A stretch of 64,000 bases of DNA. Origin: Octopus sinensis (taxonomy: Eukaryota). Below the pieces are notes generated by a model that ran no database searches, was not told where the DNA came from, and saw only the letters and a list, made by a program, of their open reading frames with translations. The stretch lies in the NCBI RefSeq assembly GCF_006345805.1, contig NC_043012.1:4154001-4218000 (forward strand), given 5' to 3'. This document shows positions 1 to 12,245 of the stretch, in pieces (within the stretch, counting starts at the first letter, position 1; each line of letters starts with the position of its first letter). Both the position numbers and the translations under genes were made by a program.

Positions 1-262
1 GGGAATTAATGTGTTTCTTCTATGCCTGTACTTGACATATTATCAATGTACTTTAATTAAGATTATAACTATTTGGAGTTGTAACCTCCTCTATACAGGT
101 GAAAACTGTTTTAATATTTGCATTTACACTATGTTTTAATTTGTTTGACCTTTTATCTTCGTCAAGTGTTTTATGTCTTATTCTTGGTAAAGGTTTGTTT
201 ATCAGGTAAAAGCTCACAGATAGCCTTACTCTCAGGAAAAAAGTTTACAAGACCCTAAGTAG

Positions 263-460
263 TACAGGTATCCCTTGGCTTACAAAAGCAGCATTAAAAA
301 AAAGGTTTAAAGTATGACACCTTTTTTTCATTGACTTCTTGAGTTTTTATGTTGCAAAACATGGAACACAATTGGAAAATAGGTTTTTATGTTATGGCAT
401 TTTGTGTTTGGTCAAGATTTTCAGAAATACAAAGCTTTCGTAATATGAGAGATACCTGTA
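263..460. mobile_element. Tigger/pogo-type MITE with ~26-bp terminal inverted repeats and TA target duplication
   Basis: Left end TA-CAGGTATCCCTTGGCTTACAAAAG; the right end CTTTCGTAATATGAGAGATACCTG-TA is its imperfect reverse complement. CAG..CTG ends flanked by TA are typical of pogo/Tigger. Confidence 0.7.
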
Positions 461-589
461 CTTGTATTTTTTGTTTAGCACCAGGTCAAATCTGGTAGAT
501 CTGACCTTTCATCGGAGACATCCCAGCCTTGACTGTTGTGTCTTTCTTAGAAAGATAATGACTCCAAAACTGTACTCTCTAATGTATCT

Positions 590-796
590 CTTAATCTTTT
601 AGCATTCGAATTACTCTCTCAAATGTAATACTTATTTATTCACATTGTTTTGAAGTAATTATGAATTATCTTGCTGCTTTGAGGTTTTGATGGTGTAATT
701 ATAGGGTAGGTGTGAGAGCTTGGATCTGGCCAGTTGTAACATAAAACAGGAAAAATAGTTGAGTAGATATGGCCTGTTAAATGCTAAAGGGTTAAA
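590..796. mobile_element. piggyBac-type MITE (TTAA-flanked), family 1
   Basis: Ends ttaatcttttagcatt ... aatgctaaagggTTAA. A second copy in the opposite orientation lies at ~36948-37174. Confidence 0.7.
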
Positions 797-1382
797 ACAG
801 TAGTATGATTTTGTGAGTGGTTTGGCTACTGTTTCTAGCCAGTTGAGTAGCTGCTTAGAGACTTTTGTGTTAGCTCTATTATACATGGTTTGATAGTCTG
901 TCTATGTTTGTAGAGTGGTGACTCTTTCTTTTGAATAGTAATCCAAAATAGGTTTCTAGTAATATCCAGACCGTTTTAATGTTGATGGACATTGTTGAAC
1001 GGTAAGATTTTTATGTATGTTTCTTTTATATAATGCGATGTTATTAAATTAGAAAAGATTTTAGCTACTGAGAGACAAAAAACAAAAACACATCTCATTA
1101 TGTGAGATGTACAAATAACTGTCCTTAAATAAAATCTCATAAATATTTAAAATATTAGTTACTAAGTCATTTATCAGTTATAAACTTGTTCATTGTGAGC
1201 ATTTTTATGGTCGATGGTCATGTGCTTGCTTCAGTTATTGCTATTTACTTAACTGAATGGACTTATTTCTCCAACAATAAGTTATGACCTAGTTAAGGTT
1301 TCTTAATAGTGAAGTATATCTATCTATCACCTCCATTTACATACCATGTAAAACTCTTTTGTTATATATTTAGTAATATACC

Positions 1383-1740
1383 ATCATCATTGTTATTTAA
1401 CATCCGTTTTCTTTGTTGGCATGGGTTAGCTACTTTGACAGAAGCTGGCAAGCCAAAGAACTGCACCAGGCTTCAGTGTCTGCTTTGGCACGGTTTCTAC
1501 GGCTGGATGCCCCTCTTAATGCCAACCACTTTACTGAGTGTACTAAGTGCTTTTTATATGGCATCAGCACTAGTGCATTGTATAGCACCAGCACCAGTGG
1601 GGTTGCCAAGTAACTTGTAAGACAACGACCCCTCGGCTGGGAGAGGGAGGTGGCTTTGTGCTGGTTGAGAGGTTAAAGTATAATAGAGAGATAAAGATAG
1701 GTGTCTTATTATAGAGGAGATACTTGACTACCCCAGTAGG
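1383..1740 (-). mobile_element. RTE-tailed short retroposon (family C)
   Basis: (CAT)n tail, then tttaacatccgttttc...catgggtt...ggatgccc...ccaaccac. The same body recurs more than 15 times in the window. Confidence 0.8.
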
Positions 1741-2059
1741 AAAAGAAAGGAGAAAAGAGATAGAGTTAGAGCAAAAGGACAAAATGAGAGTGAAAAAGAA
1801 ATAGACTGTGTTGGACATGTGTCAGGACATACTCACAAGGTACAGTGAGGGGTGAATATAGTCTTGGAGCAGCCAGAGCCTTGTGAGTGAATTTGTTAAG
1901 TGGTAATTCTATTATGTTGGTGGGAAGGTGCTTGTGTCTCCTGATATTTAGTAATATATACATGTATATATTTTTCTCATGAGTGTAGGAACATTGGTAG
2001 GGCAAATGTATAGTATGGGTAAATGCTATTCTTCACTAAATGACCAGTGGAGATTGATC

Positions 2060-2455
2060 ATTAAGTTCTGACCATTGGGCCTCACTGAGGCAAAGTGGCT
2101 GAGTTCTTTTTTAGCATTGGGCCTCATGGAGGCAATAACTGACACCTTTGGCATTATGTCGTGCTTGAGAAGAACCATCAAGTTGAGCAAAATAGCAGTC
2201 ATGGTAGATACTGGTGTCATGCAAATTGGCACCCATGCCAGTGGCACATAAAAGCACCCCACTGCCATGGAAATAGTACCTGTGCCAGTGGTACTTAAAA
2301 GTGCCCATTACACTCTTGGAGTGGTTGGCATTAGGAAGGGCATCCAGCCATAGAAAACCATGCCAAATCAGACTGGAGTCTGGTGCAGCGTGCCAGCCCG
2401 GCCCAACCGTCCAACCCATGCCAGCATGGACAACGGATGTTAAATGATGATGATC
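2060..2455 (+). mobile_element. RTE-tailed retroposon (family C), long copy including the RTE ORF2 C-terminal codons
   Basis: ttgggcctcatggaggca (LGLMEA) ... gtgcttgagaaga, then ggaagggcatccagcc ... ccaacccatgccagcatgga ... ttaaatgatgatgat. Confidence 0.75.
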
Positions 2456-2983
2456 TTACACTAGTGGTCTCACAATACCTGGACCAGGTGGTGCATTGTG
2501 TTCTTGAGCAAAACACTTCATTGTATGTTTCACCTCTAGTTAATGTTCTGTTAACCTAATCGAAATGTTATGCATCTATGCTTTATAACTTTTACTATAC
2601 TCCATGCACTTTCATTTACAATTGATTACTACTGCTAAAGCATTTATATAGGTTCTGTATTTTTAACTCCGACTCAACTCAGATCAAACAGAGAAACAGA
2701 GTGTGATCAGTGTTGTGAATAACCTGTTTTTATTCCTTTCTCTTTTTCTTCCCATAATTATTGTCTGCTGTTTCACATTTCCAGTATCCTTTTCAGAGAG
2801 TAGTTGAGTGTTGTCTGAGGGAATATCAGGACAATTATCATCCCCGATGACAGCTACCCACTGGGACAGTTACCCCCTCTCCAATATATTAAGAAGTTTT
2901 AAATCATCATCTGTTGTCCTCAAGGGTAATTGTCCTAGGAGTGGTTATTGTGCTGGTGGCACATACGAAAATCACCCTTGAAT

Positions 2984-3222
2984 GTTGGGACTCACGGAGG
3001 CAAAGTAGCTGAGTTCCTTTTAAGCGAGGGGCCCGGGCCTCGCAGAAGCAAAGCGGCTGAGTTCCTGTAGAGCGTTGGGCCTCACAGAGGCAAGTGGCTG
3101 AGTTCCTTTCGAGTGTTGGGCCTCATGGAGGCAAGTGGCTCAGTTCCTTTTGAGCGTTGGGCCTCATAATGGCAAGTGGCCGAGTTCCTTTTGAGCATTG
3201 GGCCTTACGGAGGTAATGACCA
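2984..3222 (+). repeat. ~41-bp minisatellite, ~5.5 copies, inside a family C element (which ends at ~3365)
   Basis: Unit gttgggcctcacggaggcaagtggctgagttccttttgagc repeated head-to-tail with no spacers. Confidence 0.9.
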
Positions 3223-3379
3223 ATGGTTAGCATTAGGAAGGGCATCTAGCCATAGAAAACCATGCCAAATGAGACTGGAGCTTGGCGTAGCCTTCCAGTA
3301 TGCCAGCCCAGTCAAACCATCCAACCCATGCCAGCATGGACAACGGATGTTAAATGATGATGATGATAGTAGAGGTGCA

Positions 3380-3620
3380 TGACTTAGTGTTTAGGGTGTT
3401 GGACTCATGATTGTAAGATTGTGGTTTCGATACCTGGACCTGGAGATACATTGTGTTCTTGAGCAAAACACTTCATTTTATGTTGCTCCAGTCCATTCTG
3501 CTGGTAAAAAGGAGTATCCTGGTGACGGATCAGTGTCCCATCCAGGAAAGACTATATATGCTAGAGAAACCAGGAAACCGGTTCTGTGCTCCTTACAGAG
3601 TAATGTGCACTAACCGATAT
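3380..3620 (+). mobile_element. tRNA-headed SINE family E, degenerate copy
   Basis: tgacttagtgtttagggtg...gtggtttcgatacc head, then ttgtgttcttgagcaaaacactt...ttgctccagtcca. Matches the copies at 18735 and 47100. Confidence 0.65.
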
Positions 3621-5842
3621 ATTAATAGAAGTTGAAATTGATGAGAGTAATAGCAAAGTGTGGAACAGTATTATTGCCCACTCAAACCAAGGTTGCATAA
3701 TGACATGTAGTGGTAGTGGGGGAAGGAAAGAAAGAATCACAATTCAGGGGTTGGTGCAATAGAAAACTGCTTTGAGTTATCAAGTTTTCCAAAGACTTGA
3801 TCCAAATGTTCACAATAGAGAGGACTCTGCTAAAAGGACCCACATGTCACATAGGGTTAAAATAGGTGACAGATTAGGTGTACCATCCAGGAATTTAGTC
3901 AAACAAAAAGCTGGTGGTTCCTCTTGTCAACCATGTAGACTGATGAACAGGACTCTGCATGTTTCTAATCTCTTAAAAAGATGATGTGGACCAAAAAAAG
4001 GGTTTTTGGATTTAGCAACAGCAGCAGAATAGAAATTGCCAAAAATCTATGGTGTTATTGGGATGCTAAATATGTTTTTCATGACTGGAAATGTTTCATT
4101 TTGGCAATATTGTAATCTATTAAAAAACTTCAAAAGAAATAGGAGCTGTTTGTCCCAAAAGATGCTATCTAAAGCTCTTGGGTTTCAGCTTTAATAAGAA
4201 TCCAATCTGCAGGTTGCTACTTTCAGTAGTTATAGAAACACTACCACCAATAAAAAAAAAAATACTTTGAACTGGCACATTAATTCTTTGAATAGATATT
4301 TGAATCAAGAAATGTCAAAATCCAGCACACCTAGTATCTAATTGCTTAATTGAAAGATGAATACATTATCATTATTGTTATTATCTCTAATATTCTATGA
4401 CCGTTTATATGTAATTGTTAAACAAAGCCCAGGACAAAACTATGGACTGTAATTGACATAATTTATTATAAACACAACATTCATATTATTTCTAAGATAA
4501 ATTGAGTGATGAATAAGTATTTTAAATTACGATTTATTTATTCTTTTATTGCTTTCAGTTATTGGATTATGGTCATGCTGGGGCACTACCTTTAATAATT
4601 TAGTTGATTATGTTGACTCCTGTACTCCTTTGTAAATCTAATATTTATTTTATCTGTTTATTGGAGCACATAAGGTTGCCTTAGAAAATCTCATTTTTGA
4701 AAGCTGTATTCTTTGTTAATACACATATATCATTTCCATCATCAAGGATGTTATCTTAATTTTTACCTTTATGAAAAGATGTAGTCAATCTTAAATATAA
4801 GATGAAATAGAAGACTTCACTATAACATTATTATTCTGCCATGGTATGACAACATTAACGAAACTTCAACCTGTCTTAATAGGCTCTTTCACATCATTAT
4901 TTTCATATCAGAGAACAAGGTAATATGCCTGGACATGAACCCATAATACCAGTGAATAAACTATAGCGGTTGCCCTACTGAACTGTAGATTTTAGAAAAA
5001 TTTTTATTTTTGTGAGCTTTTTTGTGAAATATCAACATCTTTTGAATTGCTTGGCTGCAACAATTGTGTGTGACCCCCAAAATATACTGGAGTCATGTGA
5101 ATATTTATTTCTATTAATAAGCCCTGGGTTCATAATTGAAATAGATAAATGCTAGTTCAGTTGCTCGATTGTTTGTTTTACATCTGTTTTTTTCCATACT
5201 TGCATGGGTTGGATGGATATGTTATTTGAGGCATTATTTTTCAGTTGGATGCCCTTCCTGATGATAATCCTTATTTGTTTTCTAGTAACACATCTCTTAT
5301 TACACAAGCTTTGAAGGCATGAAGTGACAAAGTGACTGGACGATTTGTTGGCAGTAATTGATAACAACAACACTACCTGCTGCACTTACATACTAGTGAT
5401 CACAGAGGTTAACAAATACATGTGCGCACACACACAATGGTTTTCTTTCAGTTTTCTTCTACAAAATCCTCTTACAAGTCTTTGTCAGCCTGGAGCTATA
5501 AGTAGAAGATATTTGCACAAGGTGCCTAACTGGGACTGAACCCAAAACCATGTGGTTGTGAAGAGAACTTCTCAACCATGCAGTCATACATGCATTTTGT
5601 ATATATACGTGTATATGTGTGTGGTGTGTGTGTGTGTATGTATATATATAGAGAGAGGGGGGGAAGCTGCAGTATTCATTATTTAGTCAATGTCTTTTAC
5701 ATATTTATAGAACCTTGTATGTTAGTAATGAAACCATATTTCATATGAACTTTCCGTTCCATAAACTGATAGCTACATCAGGATTTATTTTGATTTGTCT
5801 TGAGAATATACCTTTATATATATGTATGTGTTTGTGTGTGTG

Positions 5843-5899
<57 letters not shown>

Positions 5900-5901
<2 letters not shown>

Positions 5902-6720
5902 AGTTGGAAAGAGGATAGGACTCTATTGCCATCAGGGGAGCAGTCATACTTAATATGCAGAAAAGGAGTAGATAAGAATTCCACACAGTGTACCCATTGT
6001 AAACTATGGCTGACATAAGAACTGGCAAGCTGACAGAGAATGGCTTTTCTGTTGCAGATGCACAGGAATAGTCTGCAGTAAGAGCACCCATAAAACAAAA
6101 ATTCTTCCAATTGTTCAGAGCACTCCCTAGGTGCCCTGAACAATTGTGTGACTTAGGTGGTGGCCTAATTGAAAGTGGAGGAGTGTGTTCCAAATATATA
6201 GTGGACAGACTGAGAACTGAGTGGAGAAAGAAGGCCTGTTACTAATGGAAATGTCTTCTCTCTCCAAGTGGAGGAAAGATTTGTGCACAAAGTGCAGTGT
6301 TGCATGGCAAGGAATATGGAGCATGTGCTAAGAATGGAAAGAAATGAGGCAAGCATGCTTATTTACATAGTGTTATGTTAGTGTGCATAAGCAATAGAAC
6401 ATAAATAAACTGAGAGAAAAACTAAAAGTAGGTATAAGCGGAACTAGGGTGTGTAGTTTGCCAGAGGGAAGTCTGAGCTTGTACAGGCATTTGGTGCATA
6501 TGGTGGGTGATATTGGAATAAAGAAGTGTCAAGTGATTCAAATGAAATGAATCTGCAGAAGTGGAAGACATGAAATGAAGAGTTCAAAGCTGATCTTAAG
6601 AGATGAACTGCATGAGGATGATGAAAAAGGACTTCAATAATTATTATACCACTGCACTGGGGGAGGCCCATCCAGTCCGTGCAGGCATGGAGAAATTGAC
6701 ACATGATGATAATGATGGGT
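5900..6720 (+). mobile_element. Decayed 3' part of an RTE-clade LINE (C-terminal ORF2 plus 3' tail)
   Basis: Broken frames give ICRKGVDKNSTQCTHCKLW, RMERNEASML and LREK motifs typical of the RTE ORF2 C-terminus. Ends in gcaggcatggagaaa...atgatgataatgatg, the same tail as families C and D. Confidence 0.75.
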
Positions 6721-6800
6721 GTGTATGTGTGTACATATATAATTGACTGTTTCCATGCTGAAGCTTTTTTTATTATCTCTCTGTTTATTTTCTCGTGTTC

Positions 6801-6836
6801 CTTTCTGTTGAAGAGCGTAGGCCTGAAACGTAAAAG
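6801..6836 (+). ncRNA. Minimal hammerhead-like motif, family HH-A (core CUGUUGA), in a (TA)n-inserted element ~6765-6910
   Basis: CTTT-CTGTTGA-A-GAGC gtag GCCT-GAAA-CG-TA-AAAG: stem I CTTT/AAAG, palindromic stem III ACGT, GUA cleavage triplet. Confidence 0.6.
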
Positions 6837-7879
6837 ACTTTCTCACCTTCCTGAGTGTTAAACTAATACACCTGTTTTGTCTTTTGTTTTTTTTTTTGTA
6901 AATTCCAACATCTATATCTATATCTATATCTATATATATATAGATATATATATATATATATACACACACACATACATATAACTCACCTGAAAATCCCTTA
7001 CATTTTACTGATGATGAAACTCAGAGTAGCAAGAGACTGACATGACCAAGATGAAATGTGTGTGTGTTCATATGTCATCATTTTTTACTTCCTACTTTCC
7101 ATGCTGGTGGTATGTGTTGACTTTGGCAGCATTTGAACTCTGAACATCAATGGCTGTTACTAAATACCGCAAGCCATTTTGCCAAACCAAATAATGAATT
7201 TCCAACTTAGGCACCACAAGCCTAAAACTGTAGTGGGAGGGAATTGTTGGTTATATTTCCAACCCCTCTATGCCCTAGCTCTTCAATACTTGACTGGATA
7301 CTGGGGTTGCTATTATCAACTTCCTTCCTCCCATCCACAAAAGTTAAAGTTAAGTTGTTAGCTTCATCAAATTTCATGTGCTTGTAAATTGTTTGTGAAT
7401 GTATATAAATCTTAGAATATAGAAAAAAATGTATTATAATAATAAATGTTTTTAATTTAGGTATATGGCCAGTAATTTTAAGGAAAGAGGATTAGTCCAA
7501 TGGTATCAACTCCACTTCATCGTCATCAACAGTAACTTTTAATGTCCATTTTCTATGCTGGCATGGGTTGGATGACTTGATGGGAACTGGCGAAGCTAGG
7601 GGCTGCACCAGGTATCATAGTCTGTTTTGGCTTGGCTTCTACAGCTGGATGCCCTTCCTAACACCAACCACTTTACAGAGTGGGTGCGTTTTACATGGCA
7701 CTAGCACCCACACCCACACCAAAGCTTTTTACAGGTATATTCTATCAACCCTGAAAGGATGAGAGACAAAGTTGACCCCCCACCCCTAGTAGGATTTGAA
7801 ACAAGGACATAGAGACTAAAAAAATTATCACTGGTCATTTTGTCTGATGCACTAACAAATTCTGCCAATCCGCTGTCCT

Positions 7880-7910
<31 letters not shown>

Positions 7911-8134
7911 GTTTCAAATTTTGGCCGAAAGTCAGCAATTTGAGGAGAAGGTTAAGTCGATTCCATTGATGTTGGTGCTCACCTGGCACTTATTTTATCG
8001 ATCCTGATAGGATGAGTGGCTAAGTCATCCTTGGTGGAATTTGAACTCAGAATGTAGAGAGCGAGAAGAAATGCTGCTAAGCAATAATAATAATAAGCTG
8101 ATGAAGACTCTTAGGGATGGTTAGGACAATGTTT

Positions 8135-8398
8135 TTTATCCCTTTTATTTCTAACCCAACTGAAACTGGCTCTGGCTCTGAGTACAAATGTCTTGTTTTC
8201 ATAAGTTTTGAATTAAAATCTTCCACCAAACCTTAGTCACAATTTATGTTCCTAACACTAGTTGACTGATAGCTAAGTTATTTTACTAAATTCATCATCA
8301 TCATCATCATCGTTTAACGTCCGTTTTCCGCGCTAGCACGGTTATATTTAAAGTAATTGAAAGAAACACAGAGCATCTCAGAAGAACGAAAGGATTAA
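8135..8398. mobile_element. piggyBac-type MITE (family 2), itself interrupted by a family C tail (8293-8340)
   Basis: Ends in gaacgaaaggaTTAA. The body is split by catcatcat...tttaacgtccgttttccgcgctagcacg. Confidence 0.6.
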
Positions 8399-8700
8399 AG
8401 AAGGAAATGGAAGGATTGATTCTTGCTGCTCAAGAACAAGCTTTACATAGTAATTCAATCAAGTATAGCGTTAAGACAGCAGCATCACCTTTGTGTAGCC
8501 TGTGTGGAAAATCATCTGAGACAGTTGTTAGGCATATATTTAGTGGATGTTGAAAACTAGCCTGAAAGGAAGACAAAGATACATCATAACAAAGTAGCAG
8601 AGTGAATACCCTGGCAGTTGTGCAAGAAGTATGGGTTAGAATGTTCCAACAAGTGGTGTGGGCACCACCCTTTACCAGTAGTAGAGAATGATCAGGTGAG
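8392..8700 (+). pseudogene. Fragment of an R4/Dong-like (RLE-type) non-LTR retrotransposon: zinc knuckle and start of the restriction-like endonuclease region
   Basis: GLKKEMEGLILAAQEQALHSNSIKY...PLCSLCGKSSETVVRHIFSGC*KLA...HNKVAE*IPWQLCKKYGLECSNKW..H.PLPVVENDQV, with stops and a frameshift. It probably continues left of the MITE (ADEDS*GWLGQ at ~8097-8130). Confidence 0.8.
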
Positions 8701-9974
8701 ATGTCATTTTGTCTGATGTGCTAACAGTTCTGCCAACTTCCGCCCTCATAATAATAATAATAATAATAATAATTATTACTATTATTATGATTTCAAATTT
8801 TGGCATGAAACCAATAGTTTGGGGGAAGTGGATAAGTTGATTACATTGATCCCAGTACTCAACTGGTACTTTTTTTTTACCGACCCTGAAAGGCGAAGTC
8901 AACCTTGGTGGAATAATAATAATAATCTTTTCTACTCTAGGCACAAGGCCCGAAAGTTTTGGGGAAGGACCAGTTGATTAGATCGACCCCAGTACGCAAC
9001 TGGTACTTAATTTATCGATCCCGAAAGGATGAAAGGCAAAGTCAACCTTGGCAGAATTTGAACTCAGAACAGCAAAGACACACAAAATACTGCGAAGCAT
9101 TTCACCCGACATGCTAACATTTCTGCCAAATTGCTGCCTTAATAATAATAATAACAGTGGTTTCAAATTTTGGCACAAGGCCAGCAATTTCTGAGGGAGC
9201 GGGTAAGTCAATTACAATGAGCTCAGTACTCAACTGGTACTTATTTTATCCTCCCCCCTCGGGCAAAAATCAAAGTCGACTTCTGCAGAATTAGAACACA
9301 CAACGTAATGACAGACAAAATGCCTGGTGTGCTAACGATTCTAATAATAACAATACTACTACTACTACTACTACTATTGATGATGAAATAGTTTTGAGAT
9401 AAATGGTTGTGATATTTGAGTTTTAGTTTCCAATATCGCCAGTGTTAAAAATGTCCTCACAAGTTTGTGAGTAGTTTTCTTCTAGTCTTTATCTTTCGGT
9501 TTTCCCAACATAGCAGCAGAATTAATCATACTTTGCTAACATTGCAATTAAACTCTCTTAATATCTGCTCCCCACCACCTACACAATCTAACTGTGATTA
9601 TATTCCCCACCCTCACTTCTCTTTACCATAAGGCAGTGGTAAGGGTGGGTGGGTGTGTGTTTGTGTGTACTCTCCCTTAACTGGCAGTTATAGTCTCTAT
9701 ATATAATTTTCACATAATCTTATTTGTTTTAAATTGAAATTCTGTACCAAGCTGTTGGAGATGTTTCTCTCCAAGGCAAAGTTCTCACACAATCATTTTA
9801 TTTTATTTATTTATTTATTGCTGTATTTTGCATTCAAATTCTGTACCAACCATTGATGTTTCCCTCCAAGGCACAACTTGTTCTATTTGTTTGCTTCATT
9901 CATATTACTTTTCATAAAAATAAAAATAAAAAAGATCAAAACGATCTGCCACTCCTATTTCAAGGTTGAATGAT

Positions 9975-10007
<33 letters not shown>

Positions 10008-11644
10008 AAGAGGAGGAGCTGTAAAATCTTGTTTTACCAACAACTGAATAGAGTGAGAATATATATTTGAAAACTTCAGCGCTAACACTAACACTAACGT
10101 TGCTGGGGTGTTTGTATGAAGAAGAGTCAGGTCTGTTTATACCGGTTAGCTAAACTGTTGCAAGCAGAATTATCAATGTATAGACAACACAACTGCATTA
10201 AGATTTTGACCTATTACCAGGTGTTTGTCAGTAATCCAGTTACTAAACCTCGCATCTGATGTTTATAATTTAAAAAGATTTTTCTTCTTGTCAGATTTGC
10301 AGACTCCTTCGAGTGCCAGTCAAAAAGCCTTGCAGTGTTTATTCTGATTCACTGCATTCTGAGTTCAAATATTTCTAAGGTCAGCTTGCATTTCTTCCTT
10401 CAGGAATTGGTAAAATAAAGTACCAGTCAGTTACTTGGTTGTGGATGTGCGTGTGTGTGGTGATTAAAGTGGTGGGTATGCGTGGTAAGAAGGCTTGCTA
10501 CAAACCCAGCAGAACGGAAACAAAATGTGTTAAAAGAATGGCTGGATCCAGTATAAGGTCAATTGCTAATTAGAAATAGTGTGTGGGGACATAGAAATAT
10601 AGCAACATAGTAAACAAGCCCATTGTAAGACCAGCGTAGGAGTAATGGAGTCCGTGTCTTTGTCAGAACGTCTCTCTGATGTAAAACCAGAGGTTCTCCA
10701 GTTCCTGATCCTCCTGGCCAATGTTGGGTTTCCTTGAACAAAGTTATTTTATATGAAAAGTGAATACAGTTCAATGCACACTTTACTCACAAGAATCAAT
10801 TTCTTGCTTAAGAACTTTTTAGAGTCACAAACACATACATCATCATCATTGTTTTAACAACCACTATTTCATGCTCTCATGGGTTGGCCAGATTTTCTAG
10901 GGCACCAATCCTTACCTGTTTCAAGCAAGGTGATTTTACTCTGGTCAGACAAGCTTTCATGGGTGGGAGGATTGAAAACAAATGACATTACTTGTGTGGT
11001 GATGCTTGTTTACAACTATCATGTGATGTCGGGCAGACTGAGCTGTCGGTCAATCGAACACTGCCTGAGGGACCCACACTCTACATGTTAACTCTACTTT
11101 GATATCAATGCTAAGGGACCCGGTAAACAGTTATGCCTGAGGGCACTTAATACTCTCAGTCTGCTCCTGTGCGAATTCAATACAAGAAGATACAAACACG
11201 TGTACACACACACACACACACAAATAATGGGCTTCTTTCAGTTTCTATCTATTAAATCCATTCACAAGTCTTTGGTTGGCCCTGGACTATGGTAGAAGAC
11301 ACAATCTCAAGGTTACCATGCAAAAGGACTGAACCTAAAACCATGTAGATGGGAAGCAAAAGGACTTTTTAAAAATGCTTGTCGTCACTGTGGCTGTTGA
11401 GATATTATAAATGGCTGTGCTGATGGAATTTGCTACCATTTCCACAGTTTCTTTGCTAGTGAGGGCACATAGCGAGTATGACATAAGTGGTTGCGTGCGT
11501 GTGACTGCAACCTCTGACGATGCTGCTCTTCATGAAGTGCCGTCAATATCTAAAAAGTAGTCATACTTAGGTTGACCTCTGCAGCCATATATATGTATAT
11601 ATATATATATATTTAAAAAAAGGGGATGTGGAACACGAGTTGTG

Positions 11645-11948
11645 ATATATAAAAAAGGAAATGAAGAAAATGCTGACAAAATAATTTAAGTAATTTAATT
11701 AGGTGAAAGTTCTTTTTACCGGTTGCGCATTTGTTATGCTTATCAAAAGATATTTTTTTAAGAGAGATTAGAGTTCCTTTCTGATAGATTTAAGAGGAAA
11801 AAATCTATCAGAAAGGAACTCTAATCTCTCTTGAAAAAAATATCTTTTGATAAGCATAACAAATGCGCAACCGGTAAAAAGAACTTTCACCTAATTAAAT
11901 TACTTAAATTATTTTGTCAGCATTTTCTTCATTTCCTTTTTTATATAT
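11645..11948. repeat. Near-perfect ~300-bp palindrome (147-bp arms, 9-nt loop, one 1-nt indel) in TA-rich flanks
   Basis: Left arm 11645-11791 is the reverse complement of right arm 11801-11948; loop aagaggaaa. Confidence 0.95.
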
Positions 11949-11962
11949 ATATATCTATATAT

Positions 11963-12245
11963 ATCATCATCATTGTTTAACGTCCGCTTTCCATGCTAGC
12001 ATGGATTGGACGATTTGGCTGAGGACTGGCAAACCAAAAGGCTGCACCAGGCTCCAATCTTGTTCTTGCAGAGTTTCTACAGCTGGATGCACTTCCTAAC
12101 ACCAACCACTCCGAGAGTGTAGTGGGTGCTTTTATGTGCCACTGGCACGAAGGCCAGTCAGGCGGTACTGGCAATGACCATGCTCAAATGGTGTTTTTTA
12201 TGTGCCACCTGAACAGGAGCCAGTCCAGTGGCACTGGCAACAACC
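11963..12245 (-). mobile_element. RTE-tailed retroposon (family C)
   Basis: catcatcatcattgtttaacgtccgctttccatgctagcatgg...tacagctggatgcac...ccaaccactccgagagtgtagtgggtgc. Confidence 0.85.

Larger units (their letters stand above)
7735..9345 (-). mobile_element. Cluster of 5-6 same-orientation tRNA-derived SINE family B copies separated by (AAT)n
   Basis: Repeated aatttgaactcagaa (reverse-strand B box GAGTTCAAATT), aggatgaaaggcaaagtc and caactggtactt. Copies at ~7735, 7905, 8700, 8925 and 9160. Confidence 0.85.

Noticed and set aside
950-1006. Small exon VSSNIQTVLMLMDIVER before a gtaag donor
   Set aside because: The acceptor is poor and there is no homology or partner exon.
2984-3222. CRISPR-like array of palindromic ~41-bp repeats
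   Set aside because: There are no unique spacers or cas genes, the context is eukaryotic, and the units derive from an RTE retroposon.
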